A stretch of 64,000 nucleotides of DNA from the sequence record KT321315.1. The stretch is one strand, 5' to 3'. The notes under the pieces are model-generated. The model ran no database searches. It saw only the letters and a list, made by a program, of their open reading frames with translations, and had not been told where the DNA came from. Source of the DNA: Enterobacter phage phiEap-3. Position numbers and translations under genes: made by a program. The stretch's first letter is position 1. Each line of letters opens with the position of its first letter. Shown here piece after piece: positions 62,540 to 64,000 of this stretch.

Positions 62540-62717
62540 TAGAAACCTCACTTTTATAAAATTCTTTACCAGTCCCATTACAGCTACTGCATTTGGGAGA
62601 ACGGTTGCTATCATACCGCCCCGATCCGTTACATGCAACACATTTCCTTAATTTCCAGCCATACACGAACCTCATGTAATGATCGGTTCGTGCGGCCTTG
62701 CGTTCGTGGAAATTCAT
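62523..62717 (-). CDS. small DnaJ-type zinc-finger-like protein (two CxxCxGxG repeats)
   Basis: CVACNGSG and CSSCNGTG. Confidence 0.4.
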   Translation of the reverse strand: MNFHERKAARTDHYMRFVYGWKLRKCVACNGSGRYDSNRSPKCSSCNGTGKEFYKSEVSNERIK

Positions 62718-62914
62718 GCTTTGTAAACCTGAACCAACCACATTTCGATGTTAGGCGCGTAAGTAACGTTTACCTTATGCATTGTGCGGTATTTGTAAGC
62801 GGCTTTGTACGCATCGAGTTCAGTCGGAACACAGAAAGAGAAACCGTTGTCATAGCGTTCTGCGTTAGAAACTTCACAACCAACTACAGCGGCAATATTT
62901 TTGTTCATGTTCAT
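62714..62914 (-). CDS. hypothetical protein
   Basis: ATG 62914 after cassette j. Confidence 0.4.
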   Translation of the reverse strand: MNMNKNIAAVVGCEVSNAERYDNGFSFCVPTELDAYKAAYKYRTMHKVNVTYAPNIEMWLVQVYKA

Positions 62915-62929
62915 GATGTTTTCCTTTCT

Positions 62930-62989
62930 CTGTTTCGTTTCGATGTGTGTAATATAACAAAGCCCCTGCACGAATGCAAGGGCTTTTTT
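62930..62989 (-). repeat. PeSL-like cassette copy j with terminator hairpin
   Basis: Minus strand reads AAAAAAGCCCTTGCATTCGTGCAGGGGCTTTGTTATATTACACACATCGAAACGAAACAGAG. Confidence 0.65.
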
Positions 62990-62991
62990 GA

Positions 62992-63906
62992 TTATTTTGG
63001 TAATTTTTCGATGGTTGCTTTCAACTCATTGATTTTATTAAAGAGTTCATCGCTATATTTCATCAACTCACTACGGCGCTTTTCGGCCCACTTGATCAGG
63101 AATTCAGGAGAATCTACACCATACGTGTAACCTTCGGCACTCAGTTGAATACGAGCACGGGAACCATAATCAACAGAACTTTGCTCAATGAGAAACTTAA
63201 CCGCATCAAGCAGGGCTAAATCTTCATGACTTACCATGATTCCTTCTGCCTTTGGAAGATCCACAACTTCATCTTGGATGAGTTCACGGCGGGTTGTTTC
63301 TTCCAGTGTTTCATGATTCTGGATCATCGTTTCAACCGGATCCTTTACCACGACTGGTTTGTTTTCACCTACTTCTTCCAAAAACATCAACATCCATCCA
63401 GGAATTTTAGTCCGGAAAGAACTTTGCACTTCACTGGTGCATGAATTTCCCAGAATGTGGATCGCGTTGCCATGCATATCAACTTTATTGATATAGATAA
63501 CGTTCTGCTGTTCCTGTCGGTTGCTACCATAAGAAAGGAAGCGGCGTAACGATGTGTTATGACCATACTTCCCTAAATCGATTTCAGCCAGGCAATCAAT
63601 GATCCCACGGTTAGAAACCTTGTAGCGCTTACCCTGTTTGAAAAATAACGGTTCTTCCATGTGAGTAGGGTTAAACTCTTCGTAAAGCACATAGAATTCT
63701 TTAGGAATTTTGCGTTGAACCAGATTCAGTTTACAATTATTAGAAGGAACGATAACAGAGTGAATGTTTCCTTCTGTATCACACATAGCTTGCATTACTT
63801 GCGGATAGTAAAGATGGTCTTTCTTGCAAGTATAGCTATGGATACGACTCTGACGTTTTTTGAAGTACCATTTACCAGTTTCAAAAGGCGCTGTTGTAAA
63901 ATTCAT
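62992..63906 (-). CDS. hypothetical protein
   Basis: 304-aa ORF. Confidence 0.5.
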   Translation of the reverse strand: MNFTTAPFETGKWYFKKRQSRIHSYTCKKDHLYYPQVMQAMCDTEGNIHSVIVPSNNCKLNLVQRKIPKEFYVLYEEFNPTHMEEPLFFKQGKRYKVSNRGIIDCLAEIDLGKYGHNTSLRRFLSYGSNRQEQQNVIYINKVDMHGNAIHILGNSCTSEVQSSFRTKIPGWMLMFLEEVGENKPVVVKDPVETMIQNHETLEETTRRELIQDEVVDLPKAEGIMVSHEDLALLDAVKFLIEQSSVDYGSRARIQLSAEGYTYGVDSPEFLIKWAEKRRSELMKYSDELFNKINELKATIEKLPK

Positions 63907-64000
63907 TTTGCATTCTCATACATAGTTAAAATTGCTTGCATATGTTCCGGTGATTGTGGAACCCCTGCAAAGTTCACTTTCAAAAAGAAATTCAACCGAT

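Noticed and set aside
22697-62971. N-terminal extensions of several track ORFs (22697, 23337, 23987, 24917, 60865, 61294, 62971 starts) translating to ...IETKQR...
   Set aside because: They read through the conserved promoter and leader cassette. Downstream ATGs with SDs are the real starts.
22668-62990. The repeat family considered as a CRISPR array or transposon ends
   Set aside because: Copies are not regularly spaced and each precedes an ORF start. Some carry terminator hairpins, there are no cas genes and no inverted-repeat pairs. A promoter cassette fits best.

Overview
This window is a contiguous segment of a T4-like (Tevenvirinae-type) myovirus genome. It is densely coding with short intergenic gaps, and many genes are translationally coupled through ATGA overlaps. 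Roughly, 1..25925 runs on the plus strand. It carries a T4-type nucleotide and DNA metabolism block: gp47 and gp46 (Mre11/Rad50-like), frd, td, nrdA, nrdB, RNA ligase 1, the pseT polynucleotide kinase, two spanins, dCMP deaminase, gp31, an rIII-like gene, two tRNAs, a GrcA-like glycyl-radical cofactor, a NADAR protein and DNA ligase gp30. It ends in a hyperplastic run of small ORFs. 25922..33139 is a baseplate-hub module (gp27-like, gp28-like, gp29, gp48, gp54, two hub-associated genes, gp25). 33174..63906 is a long minus-strand block of early or accessory genes. This block includes a large vWA (MIDAS) protein flanked by two paralogs, a C5-cytosine methyltransferase, a Cid1/pol-beta-type nucleotidyltransferase, a NMN-adenylyltransferase/Nudix NatV-like protein, an SPFH protein, thymidine kinase, a macro-domain protein, a lytic transglycosylase, PIN-PhoH, an M15 peptidase endolysin, a radical-SAM/SPASM-like enzyme and dozens of small ORFs. 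At least 13 copies of a mobile promoter cassette (PeSL-like) sit directly upstream of small ORFs, which suggests a pseudo-T-even (RB49-like) relative. A -10-like box is followed by the conserved leader CATCGAAACGAAACA, and several copies are fused to a conserved terminator hairpin. The GrcA-like C-terminus is near-identical to E. coli GrcA, and one small gene has E. coli-style optimised codons, both consistent with an enterobacterial host. No CRISPR array, no rRNA, and no group I introns in td, nrdB or nrdA are seen. All identifications come from reading motifs in the translated ORFs and from recalled family signatures. No database search was run. Coordinates of features absent from the ORF track may be off by 1-2 nt.
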